DNA of 63,946 nucleotides, the filler included, from Perkinsus chesapeaki ATCC PRA-425 (Eukaryota > Protista > Perkinsozoa): NCBI GenBank assembly GCA_013115145.1. It is 5 parts of 5 records of this genome, joined end to end, with 100 filler letters (N's around TTAATTAATTAA, not from the genome) between each part and the next. Parts side by side here need not be neighbours in the genome. Positions count along the whole stretch, not along the records: positions 29,366 to 54,965 come from JAAPAO010000522.1; 4 more parts are not named here. One strand, 5' to 3'. Positions 38,486-50,569 of the stretch are shown here, one piece after another. The position numbers and the translations under genes are program-made. The notes below the pieces were generated by a model that was not told the origin of the DNA, ran no database searches, and saw only the letters and a program-made list of their open reading frames with translations. The first letter of the stretch is position 1. Every line of letters starts with the position of its first letter.

Positions 38486-39260
38486 TTATTCAGGTACTGC
38501 AACAGACCGTGTAACGTTCTCTTGCCACCAAGTGAGGATATGAATATTGCCGAGCCGCCGACGGGTGAGTCTTAAACCATAATATTGAATTTGGAAAGTT
38601 CTCGCAGCAGAGTTGACTTGTTGATATACGACCTGTATTTTCAGCCACGGCTTTCGATGACTGTCCGATATCGGCGTCACGATTCGGTCTGGAGTGCATG
38701 CAGAATTTAGTTGAAGTGCTTCCAGCGCTGCAAGGTGGGATGGATGCCGCGCAATGGGAGAAGGTAGGCTGCATTTACCGGCCAAAGATACATCAACCTT
38801 GCTGTGTGGTGCATTCACGCCGATCGCATATTTCTGGAAAATTATAAAGCGCCATGCCCGCCCTTGTCCTTGCCGATCTCTTGGGTACTAAGTGGAGCGT
38901 AGAAGGCGCTCTAGAGAAGTGTAGAATATACACAATATTTATAAATTGGTAGTAATTATTATATTAGTAACTTTTAATACCATTATACATATATTTAATG
39001 TGTAATGAAGTTCCTGTATCAATAGGAGGGTAGATTATATAACTTCAGTTACGAGAGATTAGTGCGGTAGATATAATCACAGATGGAATTCGAAGTCCTC
39101 TGACGTAACACAGTTTTAACTGTTGTCTCAGGCCCACCTCAACGAGCACATTTCTCCCCGATACGCTGACACTGTTCGGGCGGTATGCTTTGTGGTTGCC
39201 GGAGCAGTTGAGGCATACAGCAGACAAGTCGCTAGTGATCCCACCAATGCGAGCTGGAGG
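38486..39260 (-). CDS. Hypothetical multi-exon protein
   Basis: Segments DLSAVCLNCSGNHKAYRP and ALEALQLNSACTPDRIV..PWLKIQVVYQQV bounded by GT/AG. Confidence 0.35.
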
Positions 39261-39341
39261 TAACTGGGCGTTTCGGCTCGATCTACGCAGGTTCGAATCA
39301 CAGAGGGGCTTTTATATTTCTCGCAGTATGCACTGTTTCCT

Positions 39342-42300
39342 ATGAACCTGTCAGAAATCAGCGCTGAACTCAATCTTTTGCTGCTCTTACGGTCATCCTT
39401 TTATTCACGATTGAACCTCCCTTGCTATCTCCCTGATCGCTACGTGCTACCGGCACGGAATAGGAAGGGCGAATCTGGATGTCTGATGTTGAAGGCATTA
39501 TCGGCTTCTTTCAAAGAAATTTTGCGCCGGCACCAGTGGTGGTAAATATCGAATTATCGTGGCCGGTCGATGGGCTCGACAGAGAAATGTTTCAGCCTTA
39601 TCTGATACGTGTCATTATTTCTATTCCAGTCGGTCCTGGCATTGGCTACTAAGTGATCTAGTTGGTGCCGCCAAAAAGCTCATTAGCGGTCGTAACCGAG
39701 AGTATGTCAGAGAATTGTGCAAGCAGATGTGGACGGCGCCGAATTGTCGTCCGTATGTTGTAAGCTATGAAGAGAGTTTCTGGGCGCGTGACTTTTCTTC
39801 AGGCCTTGTCGCCTTGCTACCGCTGGTTCGCTCTCGTCATGAGTCTAGTGATTGACGGTGATACTGATGAAAAGATTCAAAGGTGCGCATGCGTGCAGAT
39901 TACTTGTGTTCAGATTTGGCATTCAGTTACATTGTTCGGGCATTACTGTACGAGTCGGGCGGTCCAGTTGGACAAGTTAAGCATGAAATAGGGTAGGTGA
40001 ACAGCGAGCGGGTGATGCTGATCATTTGGCGGGGAATGCAGCGAGGGGGTCCGCAACATAAGTCTCATGAGCACATATTAGCAGTCTTGCTCGAAGAAGG
40101 CTACTGAAACGGTTGATTTATTAACAAATTGATGTTTATGAATTAACAATAAGATTAGGAATGATAAATCCAAATTTTGCTATCCCTATGTGTTAAAAAA
40201 CTGTGATACGAAGTGAAGCTTCGCATCACTTTACCCCTGGACAGTTGATGAGAAATTATGTAAGTAAATATTTCACTCGATTGGGGAGGTCCGTATTGGA
40301 TAGCATAGTGAGGAAGGATCGTCTGAATGCAAACCTGTATTCGTGCTTTCATTCCTAGGCTTGCGTCCTTGGGGGACATTTTGCACAACGTAGGTAGGGA
40401 AATGTAAACCTAGTCGGAAGGATTTTTTCACTCGGCGTGATTGTCCCAAAGCTGCATAGCGAGATTCGCCCTTCTCTTCAGTTCGCTACTGCAAACCGAT
40501 TTACCGCCAAACGTGCTGAGGGATCTGGTGGCCATTGGCACTACAGATTTGCTCCATAAGGTTTGTTACTATCCTTCCTTCCAACTAGCAATATTCTCGT
40601 GTGTTAGATTCTGTGTTTCCTGTATATTGTCGGCCGAGGCGATGTTGCTATGCCTGGCGCACTGGAAAAATACGACTCAGTCACTTTCGGTAGGGCGGAA
40701 TTTTTCACTCATAATCGTCGGAATAATCTATCCAGATGAACTGATGTCGAGATTGCCGACTAGTGTGAGTGATGCCTATAAGAAGGTAAGGGAAGACTCG
40801 CTCTGTAATGGAGCCGTCCTTGCAGGAAAGTGAAGCTTTCCAGTTCGAATCTATCGACTACAAGTCGGAGGTTTCACATGAAGCTCAGAAGCAGGCAGGG
40901 CTTCTGCGGGCTGCGACGCTGAGTAAGTTTGATATGAAACGTTTTTGGTGTAACTCGCTGCGTTCTTCTGAGGACTTCTGTGCTGGAAAATGGAATCGAG
41001 TTCTCCTTTCTCAGGTGACTATTCGTCAATAGCAAGGAGCCTCCGTGCAGGGTTGGTCTCGCAGTGTTCATCGACTTTGATCTACTTACTGGTGAGCTCC
41101 GACTTCGGTTAGGCTCTCTTGTAGGATAGAACCAGCGCTGGGTCGTATCACTTTAGTGAGTCTGCAATCATGACTAGCAGCGCTGAGCTGCGAAGTTATC
41201 TGCAGCAAATGATCCCTTTGACGCAACGTTTCCTAGATGAGGTTTATATAATACAGTGTTGAAATTCGACGTGCTGCAGACCTTGTGAAGGTGTTCAAGA
41301 AGCGATTCTTTGCCAGTGGAAATCGAGAATTGAATTAGTGAACTCCTCAGCAGAATAATAGAACATACGATATAAACGATATTAAGTACTTCTATGAGCT
41401 TCTTAAAGCGAACCATGCTGCGTGCATGGATATGTTTAAGACTATACGGCTATATGTATAAAGGATTCCTTTGTCGGCAGACAGTATTACATAATAGTAT
41501 TCCATTTCACGGCTTATTTTAAGGTGCCTTGTGAAGACGTTGACGAGGCATGCGAAGGACCGGAAGGAATATCTTCCCTGAGGCGGGATGTATTCGAGGC
41601 TGTTAGCGATCATCACTTTGTGGTGAGGTTATCTAGCCGAGAGCAGATGGACGACTACATTAAAGTTCATAGGGTGAGGAGCAGAGTCCTGCTTTTCTGT
41701 CGTAAGTCGTGTAGCCTACCGGAAGGCCCGAAAGATCATTCTTTATGGGGGGATATGATTGTAGGAGAAATGTTTCAAGGGCCACAAGGGGCATCGAATG
41801 CATTCCTTCCGGGGGCATCTGATTTTCCTCTATCACTTTCCGCTGCAGCACCCTTTACCGATTTCGCTTGTTCCATTAGATTGTGCTTGTTAGTGATGAT
41901 AGCTTTGTTGATATACCTCTGAACACTCTTGGGTGATAACGAGAAGCAAATTCGCGTACGAAACGCTTGGTGTGGATAACTGAGGTTCAGCCGTGGTATC
42001 GATATCGCACTGTAAAGATTTTTAGATATCTGGATCCGTGACGGTTATGCCTCCGTTCACCTTCGATGGAGATGAGTATACTTTGGAAGCAGTGCCATAT
42101 AGGGCTGGAGCTATCCTGTTGGACTGGCCCAAGGTTTATCAACGAATGTGAGCCATGTACAGGGAGTCATTCGTTTTACAAGCTGAAAGATCATGGTTAC
42201 TAATTTATTTCATCAAACAGTGGCTGAGAAGGAGGCTAGCAGGACTAACGTGGCAACTGCTCGTCCCAGGAGAGCTAGATACTTCTTTACGGCCACCTGG

Positions 42301-43620
42301 GATAGGAAATCGCTATTTGTTCTTTGATACAGAGAAAACATCCATCACGTCACAGGAGCTCCACTACTCGGTCCTTTTTGAGAAGCGACGTTGCCACTTT
42401 AATCAGATACACTCAGTTCGTTAACCACCGCTGCGTCAGGTGTCGAGGTGTCCCTCGCCTTTCCACAGTATGTCTTATCTGCGGAGCGTAAGTTCAATCA
42501 GTTGCCGGCTCTGTTTTGCGATCTTCGCCGTTTCTTTATCGAGGTCTGTTGTCAGATATCTGTGTTGCAATTCTGAGTGCTGTCGACTGACAATTCGCGG
42601 GGCGGATCCGATAGGTCCAGGAAGAGATCTTGTTGTTCCTGATGGGGTGGTTCAGAAAATGGGAGAAGTATCGGCCCACGCTCTGAGGTGTGGACTTGGT
42701 AAGCTTAAGTTAATCTTTTTGACACATATGAAGTTCCAGAAATCCGGACCAAGGTCGGAATCTGCGCAGTTAACGCTTTCGCTGATACTTGTATGTGTTG
42801 GCGGGAGAGGAGGAAATTCCGGAAATTTCCCAAAATTTTGGAAGGTTTTTGCAGAAAAGCGGTAAAGACCATATCTCCCATGCAGTGTATTAAGTATTAC
42901 CAGTAGTCCATGTGCAATAAATCATAGGAAGCACTTTTGGTATGAATACAGATAGTGTTCAAAACGTGTTGTAGTTATTGCTGTTATAATTCTTCCATCT
43001 CAGGTACGTGTGTATTCCTTCAATTGGGAAACAGTGTCGTTCATGTTATTGCTAGCGGAGCGAAGCGCATAGCTTTATGGGGCTCTCTGTAAGGAACCAC
43101 CTTATCCACGAATATGCATTCAACACATTCGATTTGTATGAAATTGAATCGGAGGATTCCTAATAATCTCCGCTATTCGAAGCCATAGACGCGGAATGCG
43201 AAGCTGGAATCTAAACTTTGCCAATTGAAGTTGACTTCGATTCTTCTGGGAAGTTTCCAGGACATCCCACATCCGAGACCTCATCGATACTTCCTTCCCA
43301 TCTCAGACATTTGGACGCCTTTGGCGAGGAGGACTACACGCAGAGCAAGCCGATACGGTTAGATCTCGCCACGCGACTGCCTCGCCTCGCCGGTGCGATA
43401 CGTGATTATAACTTCCTATGGAAGCACGGTAAACTTGAATGGAAACAAATCGTACTTGTTTAAGTTCGTCATTGGATAATTTACCTTTTTATATTTGATT
43501 AAACGATCTCAAGCAACTGCATGAGCGTTGCGTCAGTCGGTTAATTGGACTCAGATCATCGTTGGCGTTTACACTACATGCATCAACTTTACTGCCCACA
43601 CTGTGATGGCGTAATAGTGA
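39342..43620 (+). CDS. Large hypothetical gene (or genes) with many short exons
   Basis: Many helical protein-like exons, e.g. LSDLVGAAKKLISGRNREYVRELCKQMW, DLPPNVLRDLVAIGTTDLLHK, ELRSYLQQMIPLTQRFLDE, YDINDIKYFYELLKANH; no family recognised. Confidence 0.5.
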
Positions 43621-45583
43621 GAAAGTTAGCTCTCTGTACCGGAGCATGAGCTATTATTAGAGATGGGCACCTCAATCCGTTCCGGCCAGTCCGGTTTGTT
43701 CGGTCCGGTCCGTGCTGCAGAACGGAGCGGACCGGATGAAGTAACTGGTTTTGAGTCCGGTTCGAAGCGACGTGCCTCGTCGCTTCGAGGTTGAACTGGG
43801 CACCGCGATCCCCGAGGGTGAGTTTGTGGTTAAAGGCGACAAGCAGATTCCAAAGGTTTTTCCATACGGAGCAGTATCGTTTTGAAGCATCATACAGTTT
43901 GAGGTCTCAGAAAGCTCCCGAGCTAGTGTGAAGACTCAGAAAGCTATTGGCGACTTAAAGCAAGTTCCACCCCGAGAACCTGAGAATCTCAGGGATGCCA
44001 CACTTGTACAGATCGTTGAAAAGGCTTGAAGAATGGAAGAAAAGTCTGCGATTCGTGGAGCAGGCGCGTGCGGGCCACTTTGAACACTTGTGTGACCCTG
44101 CCAGCGGTTTTCTGCTTTTTCAATCTTGAATTGTCCAGAGCGCCGGATTTGTTACAGGATGAACAATGCAAAGGATAATGCTTCATAGATTCATAGAAGC
44201 AAAGTTTTTATTAAGGCGAGCTTCTCCAGAAGTGTCAAGAGCAGTCCATTTGCATATTTCTTACCCCATTCTTTCCTGCTATAAAAGTCTCTAACGTTTC
44301 GGAGTTGAAGACCTTTCCTACTCTACGCTGATTACTGATATGCACCAGAGATAGTTTTGACTCTAAACTTCCGCGGGCCAGTTTGTCAGCGTTTGTCTTC
44401 TATGGGCGACGTACCAGACTACACCCTGAGCCCTGAGTGATATGCGGTGGTCGCGGGTGCGGAGGAACATGCTTTCGACTTGGCAGCTCCAATGCTCCGC
44501 GGCCAAGTCAAATGGCTTCTAAGGGTTTGGGATTACTTCAAAAAATACGCCTTCAAAAGCATGTGGGGAATATTCCCCACTGCGAAATCGTATTCTTGCT
44601 TTTGAAACTGGGAAAATTTCTATTCAGGAACCTCATGTCTTCGAATCCCAGCACTATATGGATTTCATGAGCGGGCGGGTAGTGGGATAAGAAGAGACAG
44701 AAACGAGTGAAACGTTCCAGTAAGTTACTGGCAGTAACCCGGGGTTTACGCCGAATCTTTGCGGCTTTCTTGCTGTAACGGGTGTTTCAAAACATCGTAA
44801 GTGACTTTAATCGCTCAGAAATAACTCAATACTTTGTGTTTTGAAATGAAACTCGATAAAGGCCAACAGGACATCAGTACTGAGAAGTACCCTACACGGC
44901 TCCTAATTTTATGGCGCGTGACAGAAGATACGCTTTGACGAAGGGCTCGTGTAAGACCTCATCTCAGTCACGATTTATATAAAATGCTATTGAATAGCTC
45001 CGTTGCCCTTTTCGGGCACCCTCATTCCAGTGGTAACCTTGTTTTTCTCGTTTCTCAACGCAAACTGCGTAACGCACTGGTCCGCGCTCCTCGGCCACCA
45101 ACAAATCACACAGAATGGGTGCACACGAGGGGTGTCATCCGGTACTCCCACTGAAGTTTGTTCGTGGCACTACAGTCATCGCATATGTTCTTTGGAGACA
45201 GAGAGAGAGCTGGGTGACCCAGCCCAGTTACGTACTTTTCATAGTTGTCCTTATATCTGCCCCTAAACCTATTACCCCCCAATAATCATTATCTAATTAT
45301 CATCCATTCCAGGTGTTGGATTATGCTAACTTAGCAATGCCATTGCTAAGCAATCTAATGTTACAATCCCTGACGTATGATTCTGACGCAGAGCAGACGC
45401 GAGGACTCGGCCGAGGGTCGGCCACCAAAATATACCATAACGCAACTCGTAATCGATAATAGATGTATTGATGATAATATACAAGGCCTTTACCAGCCTG
45501 ATAATACCAGGGAAAAATCCTGGACTAACCAGTTAATGAAATTCTTGACATAATTCTGTTAATGGGAAGAATAAGCTTCAAAG

Positions 45584-46102
45584 TCAGCAGTATGATTGAA
45601 GACAGTGGAAAACAATGAGATAAAAGATTCGTTCAACATCTCTTGAAGGTCGCCGTAATATAGCGTCATTAACAGAATAAGCGTCATTAATACGCAGTTG
45701 TATTTCATCTGATGTTGCAATGTATCTAATTACTAGCACATCTTCTTCTTTGAATACCCTCTCCGAGAACGGACCCTTTCTTCGAATACCATACTGGAGA
45801 CCTTTAGCATCGATCAATCCGTTCTCAGCATCATACGTGTACGGTATATCTAAGCCGAAGAGAATGGGCTTATCTCTAGAAAACCAATGAAGTTTGCTGA
45901 CCGTGTAAGTCATATTGGTAGGAGTGGTGAAAGATAGACGGTGTAACCGTCGACTTACCAAAGGGATTATAAAACCAATCACACGTAAGAGGTAACCTGT
46001 GTAGCAATAGTCTTTACCAAGTGGATCAGCATTGGTTACGACCATGTAAGGCATTGTTGCTAGGAGAAGTACCGAAACAGCGGAGAAGAAGAACATTGCC
46101 AT
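45584..46102 (-). CDS. Intronless 172-aa predicted secreted protein
   Basis: Complete ATG-to-stop ORF with signal-peptide-like start MAMFFFSAVSVLLLATMPYMVVTNA. Confidence 0.75.
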   Translation of the reverse strand: MAMFFFSAVSVLLLATMPYMVVTNADPLGKDYCYTGYLLRVIGFIIPLVSRRLHRLSFTTPTNMTYTVSKLHWFSRDKPILFGLDIPYTYDAENGLIDAKGLQYGIRRKGPFSERVFKEEDVLVIRYIATSDEIQLRINDAYSVNDAILRRPSRDVERIFYLIVFHCLQSYC

Positions 46103-46274
46103 TGTCGGATAATAGTCAAAACAGGATAAGGGATAACGCTAGTGTCGCGACGCCACTCGCCGAGCGGCGACATTCGGTTGCCGAGTACCGCTATGAATTC
46201 GGGCGCTACATTGATCGGCGACCCTTCCCCGGCGATCCTTTTTGATTGCTTTTCTGCTGAAGATGCGTCTATTG

Positions 46275-46775
46275 TTAGCCTTCCCAATCAAATCCCGTTC
46301 TCTGAATCGATCGTCCTCCCTCTCCGCCATGTTGGGTCCTCAAAATTCCTTTCATGCTGATGCGCCCGTCTAATCGATATTTTGACTTCACGGTCCGCGC
46401 ATCTTTACTGTCAAGGAACTCCAAAAAAGTCTCTGACGAGGACCCGAATTGTTGATGTCGATGGCGGGTCGCCATCAACATCAACAATTCCGTGGTCAAG
46501 CCCGTCAAGATCCTCGAGAGAAAGCTCGTCGCTGAGGTCATGAAGGAATTCCTGTCCTATGGGGGGCATCGTTGACTATAGGGTAGGACGTCTGCAGTCC
46601 GGGGAGGCTTCAACTGTCACTTGGCCATCCTTAGTAATGAAAATATCTTACCATCGATGCCAAGCATATTAGGTTTACAGTAGCGGATTTCTCGAGTCTG
46701 CATGCGGACGTTGGCCACCTTGAAAGCAGCTGCTTGAAGGATAATGAGAAATATGATAGCGATGGTCGTCAGCAT
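46275..46775 (-). CDS. Small predicted secreted protein (spliced; 3' structure uncertain)
   Basis: MLTTIAIIFLIILQAAAFKV signal-like start, then a GT-AG intron and YIFITKDGQVTVE. Confidence 0.4.
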
Positions 46776-47763
46776 TATGTAATTAGCAATAGTGGAATGC
46801 CTAAGTTTTGACAAAATGATCGACTCGATCAGATTGAGAATGTGCCAAATTATTCGAAAAGGCTTGGGAAAGCATTATCATGTGGGAGCGTTGCGTGAGG
46901 ACCCCGGAGGCCCGTAGCTTTGCTTTCGTGCTACACCTCAAAGCGTACAGGATTTGCACAGGATTCCTGTGCGCTTTTCCTTAATTCACAAGAACAAAAT
47001 TACCATGGATCAATTGAGCGGAGTACGTACAGCTGCAACATGATTGGCCTGCGCGATATACTGTCTCTTGTTTATAACGGTCAGTTTGCGATGTGTCAAG
47101 CTGAGCAACATGTGGGGACAACGTCGCTTGTCACGGCCGAGGGGCTCGCCATTTCGGTGTCACATTCGCGGTGACGACCCAGCCTTGGCGAAACCGAGGT
47201 GACAACTATCGGAACTTATTAGTGTAGATAACCAGTGATATGACTATCGATCTAAGATATTTAATAGTCTAAGATAGAGAGGCTAAGTGATTCGAGGACA
47301 AGTGAGTGTCGGTTATGTTACTTAGTTGTCATGTCTAAGCGTATAAATGCTATAATGTCAATCGAGGATTGTTCATTCATGAATCTACTGATTCAGTAGC
47401 ATACCACTCTCCAACGTGGTATGAAAAACTACTGATAAGTTATGGGTCGCCTCAGTCTTGACGCTATTCCAAGTTGAGGATCTGGCGCAAGTGTTGCGTG
47501 GCGCGACTCGCGCCACCATCGCGTCACCCTGTCTCTGTTCCAGTGACGGGTTCTAAATGATTTAAATTGAATATTTTGCAGCGCCGTTCAGGATTAGACG
47601 TGAAAGTCGTATAAAGTCAGCTGAGGACGTTTCGTCAACAGCGTTTCTCGCTTATCTTGGAACACATGAAGTATTAAACATAACAAATAAGAAGCCTCGG
47701 AGAAATATTTATACCAAACATTATATAATAAAGAGTATCATTCATGGTGTAATCTTATCGGTT

Positions 47764-48150
47764 ATGCTTCTCGCTTTATTCTTGTATATTTGGTTACCGT
47801 ATTACGAAACTCGAGTACAAGCGGATAGTGTAAACACTTATGTTGAAAGTCTGGAGATTCTCTACCCTTTGGAATGCTCTATCATTCGTATGCGCAGCTT
47901 CTCCAAACGATGCGTTAGAGGTAAAGCAAGATTGCGTGTTTCTCCGAGTGGATTGCATCGTTTAGAATTTCGGCAACTCTAGGTGCAAACTTTCACTAGG
48001 GAAATGCCCGAGTATCCTTCCCAAATGATGTTGGGTGATTTCCATGTTAATTACCCTCATGACTCTGAGTTGGTTGTGGTGCCTTTTTATATTTTCTTGG
48101 AGGATGCATTCACGTACGACTCTACACTAATCGATTCAAGTGCCCTTTAA
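47764..48150 (+). CDS. Small two-exon predicted secreted protein
   Basis: MLLALFLYIWLPYYETRVQA... then an AG-preceded exon VQTFTREMPEYPSQMMLGDFHVNYPHDSELVVVPFYIFLEDAF...SAL*. Confidence 0.45.
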
Positions 48151-50569
48151 CTGTGCTGGTTAGCATTGACGAGGTTTGGATATCAATTGACGAGTCCTCG
48201 AAGACGACTCTTGTCTCGAGGGTCCTGATGCGATGGTGATGATATACTCTGCCTCCCCATGAAGGTTTCGGTATTAGGAGTAGCAAAAGTCTTTTCTCTC
48301 TAATCTCCACATTCGACTACCGTGCGTTCCCGGGCTGGTTTATTCACAAATGATTATGATGTGTCATCGGGAGGGCATTGACACCCACCCGTATCTAGTA
48401 ATACACAATATCTCTTTCTAAGATTGAGCCGCCCATTGTTGAGTTGAGGCCTTGTCATGAAGGCATTCTCCACGTCGTGTAGTCCACGGAATCGAGGTAG
48501 TTCGCTCTACAAGCGTCACAAAACTGCCATCTGCCTCTCGATGAATACTTTGTCATTTGGATATCGAATCGATGGAATATGTTTCGAGGTAACTCTGTTA
48601 TCGTAGTTGATATCGCTATTGGGACCCAGCACGATTGCGAATCGCAATTTACGTACAATGACAAGAAACTGTCATGGTTCAGGCCTGGGTGAATAATAAA
48701 CCTCAGCACCAGTATCTCCCTTGTCTACCAACTATCTCTCATGGTCGCAGCTCATTTTCATCATTTTAACGTGAACTAATCATTTTTAATCAACTCGTCG
48801 AACAAATGCGAACGCACAACTGCATTGTCATTGAGACACTATGTACTAGTGTCACACTAGTCTTTTCTCTGTTTCATAAGGATGCTCTGTGGGTCGTCCT
48901 TCAGCCAATCGCAGGGCCCTCCAGCAAGCCAACCACCAACCCAGTCACAGTCGGATATCTATTATATACCTCAAAACTGGCACCCAGCAGGGCTTCACAG
49001 TGTAGGCCAGATCGATGCCCAATATGGAGAGGACCTTTCGCTCTAGGTTTATCCTGGAGGAGCTCACTGGGGGTCGAGCATCCCTCCTCAAGGCCACCCA
49101 TACGGCCATCCTCCTTATCGACAGCAAACGCCGCAAACGCAGGAGGTAACGACCTAAGTTATCTGCCATTATATTCCGGAGTTCACTCAGGAAAACGATA
49201 CAGAGATGGACAAGTTGAAGGCTGCATTGAATGGTGGACAGCTAGGAAGCTGTGCCATGCCGAATATGAGGAAGTCGAATAATGAGCCTGTGGCTCCCAC
49301 TACGACAGTAACTCTTTGTCTGGGCTAAAGTTGGCGGCTCTCGTTACTACAACCCAGGAATGTATTCGCGAAGCCTTCCTTAACTAGCTCTATAGCGATG
49401 AATAATACTCCCGAGAGTGTCGTTAGCGGATATGGTCCGCTTTCTCTGTATTCGATTCATTTTATCTGAAAAGAGTTCTTTATAGATTGTTGAGAATACT
49501 GCGATCCAACCAAAGAAGAAGGCAGGCGGTGTGGTTAAATTTGACGAGAATCATATGTTTTGCAGTCCAGAGCCCATTGAGTTATTGGGTGGAAAGGTGA
49601 CATGCTACTCAATCACTAATACCCTAGATGGATGTAAGCAACGTATCTGGGAAATCGCACCTTCCCCCTTCAATTATTACACACTACCAGGGCTTCCAGG
49701 ATCCCTCTTCCCGGCGGGATAGCGTTAATAAAACGCCGTTAAAGACAGTTTCTGATAGTGGCAGATAGTACGATGGAGAGCTTGTTGCTTAGCCGTGACA
49801 TATGCCCAAGCAGCATGGCGTTATGGCCCGTGTGGGCTCCTCGCCGAGGGAGAAATTAAAGATGAAATGCATTCCTTGGAAGACATGCTGTTTTTACCAT
49901 AACTCTACTTATATCGTAGATGGCATGCACATTACGTGAGCCAATGTCATCTTTTTATAGCACCGTGCTACTAGCACGTATTTTCAAGTTAATAGTGGAT
50001 TGATGGAATCCATGAATAGCAATACCAAGCATATCCATAGAGCAATATCCGATATTGCTCGGCTATCTGTCATGGCTTGAAAGGGTATCTTCGGTATTGT
50101 AAACTCATCGTTGTAATGTGAGTGAGTACGTTATAGCCGTAACGGCAGCAATTGCCTGTATTGCAATTAATGGAACCACATGCTCTTATGGAGAGGTTTT
50201 ATTCTAAAATGTAAAAATATATCTCTTAATATTTATTACCAATCTAGAAAGCTGGCCTACTTGCCAGATTTAATCGCATTATTGTGACCATTGTTTATTT
50301 GCCTTCAATTGTTTCATCGGTGGCATACGTGTTGCTCGCCCATAATGAGATCTCTGACGCTCGTTCTTTCACGAATTCAATAATCGAAAAAATGTAAACG
50401 ACGTTCCGTAGAAAATTCATTCAAATATGTTCTTGTATTGTAGGACGTAATAGTATACTTTATAGCAAGGTCTCGCAGCAAGGGGATACATCCTTTATGG
50501 TTTAGTCTGTCAGGCCAGTACTTCCGATGTGCCCGCTGTATGAAGTTACAGTTATTCAAATCTGTGGAT

